Notes: a model not told the origin generated them from the sequence alone. A stretch of 64,000 bases of DNA from Octopus sinensis (GCF_006345805.1 NC_042999.1:60078001-60142000); one strand, 5' to 3'. Shown: positions 24,851-38,320, counted from the first letter of the stretch. Program-made: numbers and translations.

Positions 24851-25299
24851 TATGACCACGTGTCTGATTATAAAAGTAGCATTTCCACTTTCTTACTCTC
24901 TTTTTTTACCCTTTTTAAAAATTTCTATGTGTACGGATGTACATATGTGTGCATGTTTGTATACGTATTTATGAGTGTTCTTCTTTGACAGTTATACAAG
25001 TCTTTTTTTTTCCCTCGCAGAATTTAACTCGTTCAATAACAAAATGGCAAATGTCTTTTGTTTAAGTCAAGATGGCTCTTTGAGTTTGTGGATACGGGAA
25101 TTTGTGAAAGTGCGTGTATGTTAGTCTGTGTATATGTGTGTATGCGTGTCTAAGTGATAAACTTGCACCCAGGTAGTCCACGTAGCTAATTTGTGCTTAA
25201 GTGTGTCTCTTTATTTGCTCTTTGTACGTGAGTGAACGCGAGTTTATAAATACATGTGATTATGCGCTTATGTTTACTCCACGACCTTCACGAAGAGAA

Positions 25300-26000
25300 T
25301 CCGAGGAATATTTTGCCATTAATCAATTGTGTTTGTAGAATACGAATGCTTTGTTCTTTCTTGAAGAGCCTCAGCAGTTCTAGGTTATTTTATAAAGATA
25401 TTTTTTATTACATTGCCGCGTGTACCTATGATAGCAGTTACATATGGATATCTATTACCTGGATATAAGGCCTGTACGTTTCTCACTTGTTCATAGCTTT
25501 CTTATTTCCCCAAATTTTTGACGAAACATTCATCTCAGCTAGCCAACTGAGCGCTACAACAGCACATTGCTTTTACACGGGATTGGAATGGTCCTCTTGT
25601 ATTCTTCGATTTTAAAGCTTGAGGTACATTTTAGTACTGATGTGCCTTCGGTATGTCTACCAGATCAATAATTTTTATTGACAATATTGCTGATGGGTCT
25701 TAGCGACAACAGCATTTCTTATTGAAAGGTAGTGTTTTTGCGGACATTTTTGGACGGCTGCTGATGATATGGGTGAAATTTTTTAACGCTGGTATGGCAC
25801 AATTGACATTTTATGTCACAACGTTAACGCCTAGAGGAATCCTGATCTCTCTTATTAATCAAATACTTTGTTGCAGTCTCTTGTTCCTGCATAGGAAAAG
25901 TATAACTTTCAAAGTGAGACACATAGCTATTATCACAAGTTCAAGCGGCTACTAGTCCTGTCAATGTCATTGGTATTTTGCTGTATTTTCCTGTTAGTAT
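25300..26000 (-). mobile_element. Heavily decayed R4/Dong-like retrotransposon (zinc-knuckle/REL region)
   Basis: Frameshifted pieces SHFESYTFPMQEQETATKYLINKRDQD, KCQLCHTSV-..HIISS(R)PKMS, NAVVAKT, LYPGNRYPYVTAIIGTRGNV follow the order expected for the CCHC-REL region. Confidence 0.6.
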
Positions 26001-27142
26001 GATAAGTAATTCTCCTCCAAGTTTCTACTTAAATTAATCTATAGATATTAAATGACTAAGTGGCTCGAAACTTCTCCCGCGATAAAGAATTAGAGGAAAG
26101 CATATAAATCACAAAAGGAAAGTACTTCAAAATATTTTAGTATCGCCAAAAGAGCAATCTCTTCACATTAAAGAATCTCATAAACTAATTCAGCTTTTCC
26201 TGACCAGCAGTACACCTCAATTGTTAACGAGATATTTCTTAACCATGCACAATGGACCAAGAACAGCTATATTCCTTGGCTCCCACTTCTCAAGAGAAAG
26301 AGATATGCTTCAATTTTCAATGACAGCGTTACACCAGATATAACAATTTACAATATATACCCAAGGCTATCACAATTTATATTGTTTAAATTCAGCGTTT
26401 AGTTTGATTTTATCTCAAAGGTGGCGACTTTTCTGAATGATTAAGTATGGCTTTCAGAAAATAACATTTAATGGCAAGTCATTATACCAGAATATTTTTT
26501 TCTTCTTAATTTGTGTTTAAGTCTATGTTTTCAAATAATTGTGAATTTTAGAAACATGTCATACTTTATACTTTATACTTTTAGATACACCCGGAAAATA
26601 TAAATGAGAAATGTATCTTAGCACGCGTGTTAATTTGTTACTATGAGCTTGTCTTTGAAGACAGCTGTGAAAACTTTTGTATTTAAAGAAGCTTCTAAAA
26701 TTTTACTTACTTAAGCTCTTTGCTCCCTATTAGGACATAGTCCATCGACGACTTTTCTTCTCTGTTCTCTTCAGCTATCTTTTCTGTTTCTTTCCAATAT
26801 CTCGCATGTTTCCTTATAGGAAGGCTTTCACCTCCCCGATCTTTTTGCTTTAGAATTGTCTTCAATGATTCTGTAACATAGCGTTTTTCCCGCAATTAGT
26901 GGTGTTGGCACTCTGCATACACATTTGTACCTCTGAAAAGATGTGGCCCATACTAATCTAACCTCTATCCTGTGACCTATCCAGTATAGGGGACCTACTA
27001 GAAGCTTTCAATCTGCTGGAACAGTTCACAGGGTAATTGTGGCACACATGCTGTCACAGTGAATGCAGAACTGGAACTCGTGGCAGGCTTAAAAATTTAG
27101 CGTATCATTATTGAATACAGGCATTAACTGCTGCTGTTGCTG

Positions 27143-27496
27143 TTGAGCGAAGCGGTCTTCGTCCCATTAGCGGGAGAAGTCCGAAACGTGGTCCTTTGCT
27201 ATTCGTAAGACTCGCAGAAGAGAAAGCATGTCAACCCCCGACACCGAGAGCATCGACGGATGGATGAATGCGCATCCAGGTTCAGCGGTTGCGTCGGGGG
27301 CCAAGAAACAGGAAGAAAGAGTGAGAGAAAGTAGTAGCAAAAGAGTACGACAGGGGTCGCCACCACCCCCTGCCGGAGCCTCGTGGAGCTTTAGGTGTTT
27401 TCGCTCAATAAACACACACAACGCTCGGTCTGGGAATTGAAACCGCGATCCTCCGACCGCGAGTCCGCTTCCCTAACCATTGGACCATTGCGCTTC
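27143..27496 (-). mobile_element. SINE with family C head and a different 3' tail
   Basis: Head matches 58657 up to ...tcttcctgtttcttgg, then unrelated tail. Near-perfect 15-bp TSD ctgctgct(g/t)ttgctg at 27128-27142 and 27497-27511. Confidence 0.8.
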
Positions 27497-28122
27497 CTGC
27501 TGCTTTTGCTGGCGATGAGTATATCAACAACGCATGTAATCTTCAATTCATAAAATGTTCTTAAGCTACATTAATTCAAAAATAACCTATAGTTAACAGG
27601 ACAAAACTTATGCGATTAAACATTTTAAGGAAAGCTTAAATTTATAAATCCCGTATAAAATAATGACTTCATCATGGATCCTACCATGGTTCCAAGAGTG
27701 GAACTTGATACCCACAACAATTTCTCATTATATGTTTATCTAGATGTATTTTAATTACTATTCTGAGGTTGATAATTACGATGTAATCTGCGCAATTATG
27801 AATATGATTCAATATGTGTTGTCATACTTGCATTCTGTCAGTAAATTGCTGTTTACAGAACAAAACTGTTCATACTTATCATAGTCAATATAGACGAAAA
27901 TAGAACAGTGCAGTTATTTTTTTATGCCAGGCTTAATGATCGGAAATAGAAAAACTTTATTAAGATACTTATTAAATATAGCAAGAATCTGCAATGACTA
28001 TCAAGTTGATACCGAGACAGGCGCGGGCACCATTGTGAGGTTAAGTAGTTCACATGGTGACAATGAGGATTCAGGTTCGGTCCCACAGCGTGGTACGTTG
28101 GGTAAATGTCTTCTACTATAGG

Positions 28123-28210
<88 letters not shown>

Positions 28211-28227
28211 CAGGTGGTGGATATATA

Positions 28228-28425
28228 CGAGGGGGTGCTGGCTTTGGATAAAAGAAAAATACAGAAGGATCAGTTAATTATAATCTTATTCAACATATTC
28301 CCCTCTCAGATTCACACATTCATTATGGCGGTCCTTCAATTTTTCTAAGCCCCTGTAAAAAAAACACACACAAACCAGGCCTTTCGCTATGCCCTTAAAG
28401 TCAATAACTTTTCAGCACTCCCTCA
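28228..28425. mobile_element. Mariner-type MITE
   Basis: TA-cgagggggtgctg... and ...ttcagcactccctca-TA inverted ends with TA flanks. Confidence 0.7.
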
Positions 28426-28718
28426 TATATCATACCTTCATATTGTGTGGACTGATATCCCAGTTGACAGTCCTCTGATTTTAAATAGTGTTAAACACTT
28501 ACAGAATGTGAAACTAATAGCGCCAGTCTTCTATGGTGACTGGATTGCTGCGTATACAAACAGACTGGCTTCTTGTTTCTCAGGGATTTGTCAATTTGAT
28601 GTAGAGACTTCTGATACGAACCCATTAAGTGTGAAAATCGATTAAGGCTCTTCATCATTTTCCAATGTACAGAGAAATAGCTAAATTTACCCCTTTTAAG
28701 TATCTCATGGTTAGATTT

Positions 28719-28749
<31 letters not shown>

Positions 28750-28809
28750 CATGCTACTATAATCCGTGCATTCAGTTTATCTTTGGTGTTACAAGAAGTT
28801 TTGTTGGTC

Positions 28810-29326
28810 TCGCTCAACTGCTCATCGTGTGGCAGCAGGAATCTGCACCCTGCCACACAAGCAGGAGAAATCTGCACCCTGCCACACAAGCAGGAGAATC
28901 CAGTCATGGCTGTCAGACAATTTCTGCGACCACATCACCCCTAACTCATCTTAAAGTAAATACCACCTTGAACGATATCCAAACTACTTCGGTGCTTCTA
29001 CAACGGCGCTTAAGGTGGTTCGGTCATGCAGCCTGACGTCCAGAGGATGAGCTGATTCGCGATGTTCTCCTCCCACTTCCACTTTCCAACTGGCGCAAAC
29101 GCACGGGCGGGCAGCTGAAGACCTGGGAAACGACGATAAAGGAGGACCTCTCCGAACTATCAGGTCCGCAGGTGGTCGGTCTGCGCAGATGGAACCGCGA
29201 ATGGCTCGCTATCTCTAGTGACCTCGCACAGGACCATCGAGCGTGGGCCGCCATGGTTCGTGATGTCGTTAGGACCAGAGAAGAAGCCGGCTCAACCCGC
29301 CCTGAGTGAAAGCCGTCACAAGTATA
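28810..29326 (+). mobile_element. 5'-truncated RTE-clade LINE (3' end of ORF)
   Basis: LLQRRLRWFGHAA*RPEDELIRDVLLP...WRKRTGGQLKTW...DLAQDHRAWAAMVRDVV; ends acaagta. Confidence 0.85.
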
Positions 29327-30625
29327 TCCAAACTACAGTGGAAGAGGCTAGCCACTGGATTTAGTTACAAAGAGACTATGAGAGATGGCTAGACGTATAT
29401 TGAGCTATATTTGATAACCAGTTGATCTAGCCAGCGGGTCCTCATATCAGTGAGGGGGCCGGTTCGCAATAATGCCATCGAGAGGTAATTACTGAAACGG
29501 TGCGCAATTTATCCTGATGACACCATACACTTGCTGGCTTCCGGTATGCGGAGATTTCGACTGGTGGCACTTGCATATGCAAGTTGTTTACAAAACATAT
29601 GCGACGGACTTCTTTCAGTTTGCGTCTATATAAGTAAGCAAGCTACTTACCACAGAGCCGCTTCTGCGCCTATATGTTTGTGTGTGTATGTGATGTATGC
29701 ATGCTCATACCTTTCTGTAGTTATTTATATCAAAGCCGGATGTACACTTACATTTTGGCATAGTTCCAAGGATAACGTGCATCGCTAGGGTAATATAATC
29801 TTTGAGGTCCGATTTCTCGGTTCCTTTCATTAAATGAAAAACGTGTAGAAGTTTTAAATCGATAGCGTCACCTGATCTTTCACTTGCTATGCACAGTAGA
29901 AAGTCTACTCACGATATATCTGAGAATATGAGTCTTATTCCAGCGAAAGAGCAAGGCAGAAGGAAATCGAACGAGCGAGCGAGTAACAGAGAGTGGATAG
30001 GAGAGAGAGAGGGGGGAGAGCGAAAGAGAGGTGAGAGAGACAAAAGAGTGAGTAAAAGTTAAGAGAAAATGCAAGTGACAGAGGGTAAATGATGGGAGAG
30101 AAGGTGATTTTGAAGACACCGTAATTATTGTTTATTTCAAACAGGTGTAACCAAATTATATTGAAACTTGTTAAGAGGTGGAATCTCTGTTGAATCCTCA
30201 ACCACCACTTATAAATATTTCTATCGTGTTGGTTTTTTTTGCTTCTGTTTCTTGTTTCTTTTACTCTAAATGACACAAAAGCTTTCTACAGAGAATTCCT
30301 GTCAACACACGAATCTCTTTATTAGTAGAGAACATATCGAAACTTAATTTAATGTGTTCGCCATACAATGATAGCTCTTCCAAAAATGTGTTACTGTAGC
30401 TTAATTAATTTTGGCATCGCATGAATGTATGTCCTTTTGTTGGAAATATTTTCAGGTATGTTCAAATCAAATATTAACGTTTCTATGAAAGTATCGTAAG
30501 CGTAAAGAAAATGGCGATGGAAAAAGGTGGTAAGAGATATGGGGCGATGGAAAGAGGAAGAGAGAGAGAGGGGATATTATATATATATATATATATATAT
30601 ATGAGTGTATGTATGTATGTACGTA

Positions 30626-30671
<46 letters not shown>

Positions 30672-31899
30672 TAGATAGATAGATAGATAGATAGACAGAT
30701 AGATAGATAGATAGACAGATAGATAGATAGACAGATAGATAGATAGATAGATACGTACATACTTACATACACACACATATCTGGAGAAAGAGAGAGAGAG
30801 ATGTAAGGTGATGTATGTATAACAATGAAGTTGATCTCCGCTATAAACAAAAACGAAAGACTCTTGGGATATATGATTTAAAATGCATAAGAATATCTGG
30901 AAATACAGTCAGAAGTAAAAGGCAGTCAAATCGTGGGAATTCCTTTGGAAAAGATTTGGAGTCAAAGGCTCGATGGACACAGCGAGTACTGCTGCAGGAT
31001 ACGAAGAGGAAAACATAAGTGAATATTTTAAATCCCACACGGAAAGCAGAATAAATAAATAAATAAATAAATGAATAACTCAACAAATAAACGATATAAT
31101 GAAAATACTGATAAAGAGATTGCTGGACTGATTTGGAAAAGAAATGGTCGGTCTGCAGTGTATTTCACATATTGGAAGAAAAAAAAGTTATCTAGAATGT
31201 AGTTATGAAGCGACGTGTTATATTTTTAATTTAATCGAATTAATTGTATAAATTTGAATAATATTGATTAATTAGGCAACGAGCGGGCAGAATTGTTATT
31301 GCACCGGAGAAAAATACTTTCGATTTTACGTTCTGTGTTCAAATGCTGCCGTGTACCAATTTTATCTTTCATCCTTTCGGGGTGGGACGATTATATCAAT
31401 CCCAGTTGATGATGAGATTGATGTAATCAACTTAACCCCTTTTCCGAAATTGCTTGCCTTGTGCTGAAAAATTGAAAATAATGTTATTGATTAGTTTAAA
31501 TGAGGTGATTTTATTTTTTTGTAAGCTCTCTACACCTGTCTTTTGATAGAATGCAATCGATACAACGTGTTGAACTACCTATGGAAAAAAGATTTGCCTT
31601 TATACCGTCACTAAGACTATGTGTTCTTTAACCAACAATCTCTAACTTTTAGGAAACTATATCTCATTGCATAAAATAGTTTCTGAGAATGTTATAGTTC
31701 TTCCCTGGAATAACTCATGAAAATTACTGCAGGAGACATTTAAATATCTGCGAATAAATACACGTCTTCATAGTTAAAGATGGTTATACACTTAGATACT
31801 TATATAGGATATAAAGACAGTAAGCATTTAAAAGAAGAGCACAGGAAGATAAAATTTTGTCGAACGTGGTCTTAGTTTGGTGGAATGATTATGAATGCG

Positions 31900-31935
31900 T
31901 CTTAACGTTTCGAATGTTAGTTCGTCATCAGAAGA
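31900..31935 (-). ncRNA. Minimal type-I hammerhead motif in a Penelope-like repeat (about 31815-32150)
   Basis: tctt-CTGATGA-C-GAA-ctaaca-TTC-GAA-ACGT-T-aaga: intact core, 4-bp stem I, 3-bp stem II. Confidence 0.65.
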
Positions 31936-32987
31936 ATAAAACGTGGAGCAAACGGCAAGTGAGAAAGATGGTCGTTGAAAACATAAAAAAGAAGGGGAAG
32001 TGTTAGAAACAAGCTGGGAATGTTGTCGTATGTCAGACGTGAAACCGGTAGGGAGTGACTCATGTATATGTATGCGTAGAGAGATGTTCGGGGATAGAAG
32101 TACAGCGGCGTTGATTAATAGTAGGGAAGTAAACCTCTTACCACGATACATATATTCATAAAAATACGACGTGTATTTTTTCAGTTTCTGTCAGTCAAAT
32201 CCATTCACAAGGTTTTGATCAGTCTGGGGCTATAATAGAAAATACTTGCCCAATGTGCCGCACTGAACCTATGGCCACATAGTTGGAACTAAGCTTCTTA
32301 AACAAACAGGCACTTGCGTCTTTTTGTTTTCCTAATACAGCGGTGTATGATTTGAAGGATATTTGCCTGCTATTTCTAGAAGATTGAGCAACTGCATAGT
32401 GGGTCTGTTCTCTGGCTGACTCAAAGATTCTTTTGCTAGTTCGCATGTTGACTGGTCTCAAAATTTAATTATGAAATATTCCCGTAGTGATATTTCCCAA
32501 GTTACAATAACTCCTTTGTAACTGGTTGTTTCAGCCGAATTTAATTAAATCAATGTAGCAATGTAACGTTAGAATACTACACTGGAATAAATAATAATGA
32601 AATAACGAAAAAACCATTCCTACATTTCAATAATCTCCTATCTAATGCCTTATTTTCAAAATGTTTCTTCAACTAAAATTTCAAAAAAAAATACATACAT
32701 CCGTATAAATACACACGTGTGCGTATACACACTCGCATATATATACACAGGCCATCTTACATATACTTACACATACTTACTGGTAGTATTTTCGCAAAAG
32801 CTCGACAGTTTCCGGTGGTAAGTTTGCTATAAATCTGCCATTGTGTCTTTGAGAATTTAGACTGGAGGGATTTCCTGTTGCCGTTCTCCTGATTAATCTA
32901 TGTGTTTAAATGGAAGAGGGGGCGGCAGAGAAGCAAATATACAAATATATAAAGAGAGAGGAAGATCTATCTATCTATCTATCTATC

Positions 32988-33047
<60 letters not shown>

Positions 33048-33329
33048 CTCTCTTTATATACTTTTGTCTCTCGCTCGCTCTCTCAATCGCTCATATAAAT
33101 ATATGTGTGTGTTTGTGTGGGTGAGTGTGTGTGCGTGTGTGTATGTATGTGTGAGTGCGCGCGTGTGTGTGTGTGTTTGCATATAGTAAAAAGTTTCGAG
33201 AAAAAAGTTGCACGTGACGCATTGCAGTGAAAAATACGTAAAAGGAAGTAAAATGCGCTGCAATTTTATGTTGAATAACACACACATACACACACACACA
33301 TATATAGATAGACAGATGGATAGACAAAT

Positions 33330-33405
<76 letters not shown>

Positions 33406-34132
33406 GAGAAGGAGAGAGAGAAGGAGAGAAAGAGAAGGAGAGAGAAAGAGAAGTAGAGAGAAGGAGATAAAGAGAATAAGAGAGCAACGGCTTTATAGCA
33501 GTCATGCTTTTAAGAAGGAAATGGATGTTGGAATTGAAGCAACGTAACTAAAAGAGTGATATTAATGACTTAAGAAGCTATGATAATAAATGGACCATCG
33601 TAAAGGCAGAAGCTCGTAGCTAAGAAGTAAAATTCCAAACTACAGGGTGCCATCGTTCTGGAGTCATCCATGTTGCGTGGCACCGAGGGCGAGTATCTTC
33701 TATTGCATTGCAAGCCTCTGAAATTTAATAGACGGAAAGTTTGCAGACGATAAATTGCGCGCATGCGTGCTGGTGGTGTATGTTTATATAGGCGTAGGCA
33801 TGGCTGCGTGTTTAAGGAACTCTGCCTTCAACCACATGGTTTCGGGTTCAGTTCTAGTTTTACTCTAACTCCGAGCCGACCAATCCTATGTGAAGGAATT
33901 TAGCAGACAAAAACTGCCTGGAGGCCCGTCGAAGGGTCCATTTACAAGCAAATATCTGGACTGCTGACGTGGTCAAACTTATCTGGCCTACTGGTCATCT
34001 TATACATTGACCGGTTAGTATAAAAGGCGCTCAGAAGCTGTCATTTTTGGGACTTTGTTGTGAGATATGTTGATGACATTCTCATGTAAACATCATATCG
34101 CGGGGAGACTTTTAAAAATATGAATTTACTAT

Positions 34133-34538
34133 ATGTAGGAGTGGCTGTGTGGTAAGTAGCTTGCTTACGAACCACATGATTCCGGGTTCAGTCCCACTGC
34201 ATTGCACCTTGGGCAAGTGTCTTCTACTATAGCCTCGGGCCGACCAAAGCCTTATGAGTGAATTTGGTAGACGGAAACTGAAAAAAGCCCAACGTATATA
34301 TGTATGTATATATGTATGTGTGCGTGTATATGTTTGTGTTTGTCCCCCTAACATCACTTGACAACCGATGCTGGTGTGTTTATGTTTCCGTGCCTTAGCG
34401 GTTCGGCAAAAGAGACCGATAGAATAAGTTCTAGGCTTACAAAGAATAAGTCCTGGGGTCTATTTTTTCTCGAATGAAGGCGGTGCTCCTGCATGGCCGC
34501 AGTCAAATGACTGAAATAAGTAAAAGAGTAAAAGAGTA
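34133..34538 (+). mobile_element. SINE family B inserted in the Penelope RT
   Basis: Full head, internal microsatellite and tail. Confidence 0.9.
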
Positions 34539-35091
34539 ATATCGAAATAAATAGAATTTGAAGTCGAGCACCCCAATAACAATGGTTTCTTATCTCTGCT
34601 TAACTTTGAATTCAAAATCACAGTAAAGAGGTCCATTGCTACTAACTCTTACAGGAAAGCTGTGTACCACGATCTATTTGTACATCCCTGCCCGTCAGAG
34701 ATAAGATGACCCGGGTTAGAAACGAGGTCCACCAGGTTCGTAGTAAATGTAGCGAGGCAGGAACAAAACACCAACGCCTTGCAATTCAGAAAATTCTCGA
34801 TGGAGAGTGACTATCCATATACTTTCACTAAACATTACGACATCCGTAAGAAGGGATTGAATATACGACTGGTGCATTCTAGACCTTCCTTGAGAAGGTT
34901 CCTAACTAAAAACAGGCCAAGACAAAACAAAACCTTATCTGCTTTACCTAGTTACCAGATCAAACCTGAATATATATGTCTTGTGGGGAGAATTCACAAC
35001 CCCCCCCCCCCAAAAAAAAACCAAAGACGAAGACAGGTGGTGTAGACAACAAACAGATGTATTAGAATAATCCTCGGGGAGTGAAAAAGTC

Positions 35092-35125
35092 TTTAACGTT
35101 TCGAACCTACGCTCTTCCACAGAAA
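35092..35125 (-). ncRNA. Hammerhead-like motif with A6U core (CUGUGGA) in an inverted pLTR segment (about 35045-35247)
   Basis: ttt-CTGTGGA-A-GAGC-gtag-GTTC-GAA-ACGT-T-aaa. Confidence 0.55.
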
Positions 35126-35173
35126 CAACACAGAAAGAAACAAGGAGAGAAAATAAAGAATGTGTAGTGGCTA

Positions 35174-35247
35174 GCGATCTATCATGGCGATCTATCATGG
35201 CGATCTATCATGGCGATCTATCATGGCGATCTATCATGGCGATCTAT
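35174..35247. repeat. 13-bp tandem repeat (gcgatctatcatg) x about 5.7
   Basis: Direct reading; no spacers. Confidence 0.95.
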
Positions 35248-35649
35248 ACATGTCTTGTGGGCCTACGTGATGCATAAAATCTTGTGTAACGAATGTAATG
35301 AATTCTACGTCGGAAGCAGCATCAGAGAAGTTCCTATACGGGTTAAAGGATACCTGTATCCTAATGCTTCTTCTGTAAAAAAGCCTATATAAAGTAAAAA
35401 ATAAATAAATAAAAAGAAGCCAGCCACAGAAATACCACAAGTAAGGCATTCAAGTTTCCATTGAAGGTACAGAAAGTAATACTGGGGGCTTCAGGGCAAA
35501 AGAAGCTATTTTAATCAACAAGTACAGCCTGCAAATAAATAACAGATCAGAGCTGAACGTAGCCGAAAGGCTGCTACAGCAACGCCAAACAGCTTTTGTT
35601 CTATACGTACTACAGAGCAGAGAGGTGAGTTATCAACATCTTTTCTGCG

Positions 35650-35692
35650 TATATTTTCTGAAGAAGGGGACTTAAACCTGAAATATTGAAAT
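35650..35692 (+). ncRNA. CpG-decayed minimal hammerhead at the 3' end of the Penelope element
   Basis: tatttt-CTGAAGA-A-GGG-gacttaaa-CCT-GAA-ATAT-T-gaaata. Confidence 0.6.
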
Positions 35693-36039
35693 ACCAGGTA
35701 ATGGTATTAACCATCGACCTGTAGTTTTGAAATTGTAACTTGCACCGTTTGGACTTTAAAACATTAGTACATACATATATATTCATAGATGTGTATGTTT
35801 ATATATGTACGTATGTACATTTATATGTTCTGTATGTATGTATGTGTGGGTATTTATGTGAATGTGTATTGTATGCTTTAGATGTCCGGGTCCGCGCCTA
35901 CATTTATGCTTATCGGTGTATAAAACATCATCAGCAACAACAAAAAGACTGGTATTCTGTTAAAATGTGTAAATGTGCGAGTCAATCTTTAGATATCTTA
36001 CGATTTAGATTCCTAACTACTCCCACATTTTGCGGTGCA

Positions 36040-36358
36040 GTGTAACCAAAAGCGGGTCTCTTATAGTTGTGATTCATATCGAGCCCTTCTGGGTATTAGC
36101 GCGCGTCTACGATGGGTCTACGATTAAAAAAAAAAAATTACCATCATTTTTTCCCATTTTTAATGCATTTTTTTGCTATTATATAAGATAAGTAACCCTC
36201 TAAAAATGTATTATTAAATCTCAGAACGAATAAAGCTACAGTAACACCCCCCTTTGCAGTTAGCCATATTGAGATGGCTATTATATTTTACATCTCTAAA
36301 AATGCTTATATAGTTATTTCCCTTACAAACCCGAGCAACGCCGGGCGATACTGCTAGT
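36040..36358 (+). mobile_element. Non-autonomous Helitron, 3' end
   Basis: Hairpin cccgagcaacgccggg (36330-36345) followed 8 nt later by CTAG|T; 5' boundary uncertain. Confidence 0.65.
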
Positions 36359-36676
36359 ATATATATAAATCGATAAAATAAATACAGACAGATAACATCA
36401 CTTTAGTCGATAAGATCAGCTAGCACAAAACAAACAAAAGCAAAACACAAAAAACCCACTTTGAAAGTGGCGGCTAGTAAGGCTACTGTTTGAAGCAAGT
36501 AGGGATGAAATCTTGTGAGATAGTCCATACCAAATAAAGACGTTTCTGAAAAGCGATAAAATGGACAAAATGTTATATATGTTATATAGATATAACTGCT
36601 TGTAGTAAAGAGAATGGTATAAATATGTGATGGTACATAAATAAAAATGGTATTTAGCAATCTGTTATTATGAGGC

Positions 36677-37110
36677 ACGAGGCTAGCAGAATCGTTAGGA
36701 CACTGGGCGAAATGCTGAACGGAATTTTGTCCGTCTTTGCATTCTGAGTTCAAATTCCACCGAAGTCAATTTTGCCTTTCGTCTTTTCGGGATCGATTAA
36801 ATAAGTACCAGTTGTTCACTGCAGTCGATGTAATCGGATACCCCTCCCCCCAAATTACTGGCTTTGTGCCAAAATATGAAAGCTATAATTTGTTCTCATA
36901 AGGCGGCGAGCTGGCTGAATCGCTAGCACAGCGGACAAAATGGTTAGCGGCATTTTGTCTGTCTTTATGTTCTGAGTTCAAATTCTGCCTTGGTCGACTT
37001 TGCCTTTCATTGTTTTGGGGGTCGATAAAATACGTGCCAGTTAAGTACTGGAGTCGATGTAATCGACTTCCTCTCCTAAAAAACTGCTGGCCACGTGTCA
37101 ACATTTAAAA
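36677..37110 (+). mobile_element. Two tandem family A SINEs (short-tail)
   Basis: Cores at about 36677-36890 and 36900-37110. Confidence 0.8.
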
Positions 37111-37496
37111 CCAAAAGTAGATCTGCTTAATCACAATGGATTTGGGGTTTAACAGCACAAACAAACACATATAAAGCTAATAGGACACTTCACGCAATCT
37201 AGTCGACGTTATCTTGCAATTCTGTTTCAAAAGTCATCGAAAGGTACAACAGGTTGAGGTCTCATTAACTCCTTATCAAAGGACACCCGTTCGTTCATTT
37301 ACGCGGAACAATAACCTTCAAATTTTAAAGTCAACTTAACTGTGTAGATCGATGCCATAAGTTTCAAATTTTGGCAAAAAATTAAGTACCAGTCGAGGAC
37401 TAATTACCCTATCACCAGAAATTGATGAGTTAGTGTGAAAATTTAAAATCAATAATTTTATTATCATTGTCATTGTTAGGGTAGTATATTTGTAGT

Positions 37497-37612
37497 ACAT
37501 ATTTCTTTACTACCCACAAGGGGCTAAACACAGCGGGGACAAACAAGGACAGACAAACGGATTAAGTCGATTATATCGACCCCAGTGCGTAACTGGTACT
37601 TAATTTATCGCC
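37497..37612 (-). mobile_element. 5'-truncated family A long-tail SINE
   Basis: Reverse complement of the long tail. Confidence 0.85.
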
Positions 37613-38005
37613 TATTTGTAGTACCGTTAGAGCCACGGTGGACAAAAATCACCTCGGGATCCCAACCTTTCCGTCTTTAAAATATATCGAGTGATACCTA
37701 AAATCGATATAATTGAGCCCAGAGCTTCTTGAGCTAAAATGTATGACTTTGCACTGATATTAATACTTTGTATCATTCTCAAATCTCTCTTTGTTGCTGC
37801 AGCTGCTAATGCTGTTGTTATTGTTGTTGTTCTTGTTGATAATAATTTCAGGACGAATCGTTTGAGCTTCCGAGATTGGAAATCACGAGGAAAATTGTCC
37901 TTGCGTTATTTGGTTACGTTCTTTTATCTTCTGCTTATAAATCTAGCCAATAAATGTTTAAAGTAATGTCCATTAGGTAAAAACAGTTGAAACTTCGCAT
38001 GAAAC

Positions 38006-38089
<84 letters not shown>

Positions 38090-38235
38090 GTGTGTGTGTG
38101 TGTATATATACGTACACACACATGTATACATACACATGTACATATACACATGTACATATACTCACATATATATATTAAAGAGAGGGAGAGAGATGTACAC
38201 AAGTATGTATTTATATATGAATATATCTACATATC

Positions 38236-38320
<85 letters not shown>

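Larger units (their letters stand above)
33941..35700 (+). mobile_element. Decayed Penelope-like element (RT + GIY-YIG endonuclease + 3' pLTR), interrupted twice
   Basis: GSIYKQISGLLTWSNLSGLLVILYID (33941), VRYVDDIL (about 34065-34090), FEVEHPNNNGFLSLLNF...YRK (34558), VMHKILCNECNEFYVGSSIRE (about 35268), KEAILINK (about 35500), hammerhead at 35650. Confidence 0.8.

Noticed and set aside
35174-35247. Short regular repeats (also 56708-56820) as a CRISPR-like array
   Set aside because: Units are contiguous with no unique spacers, and the context is eukaryotic with no cas genes.
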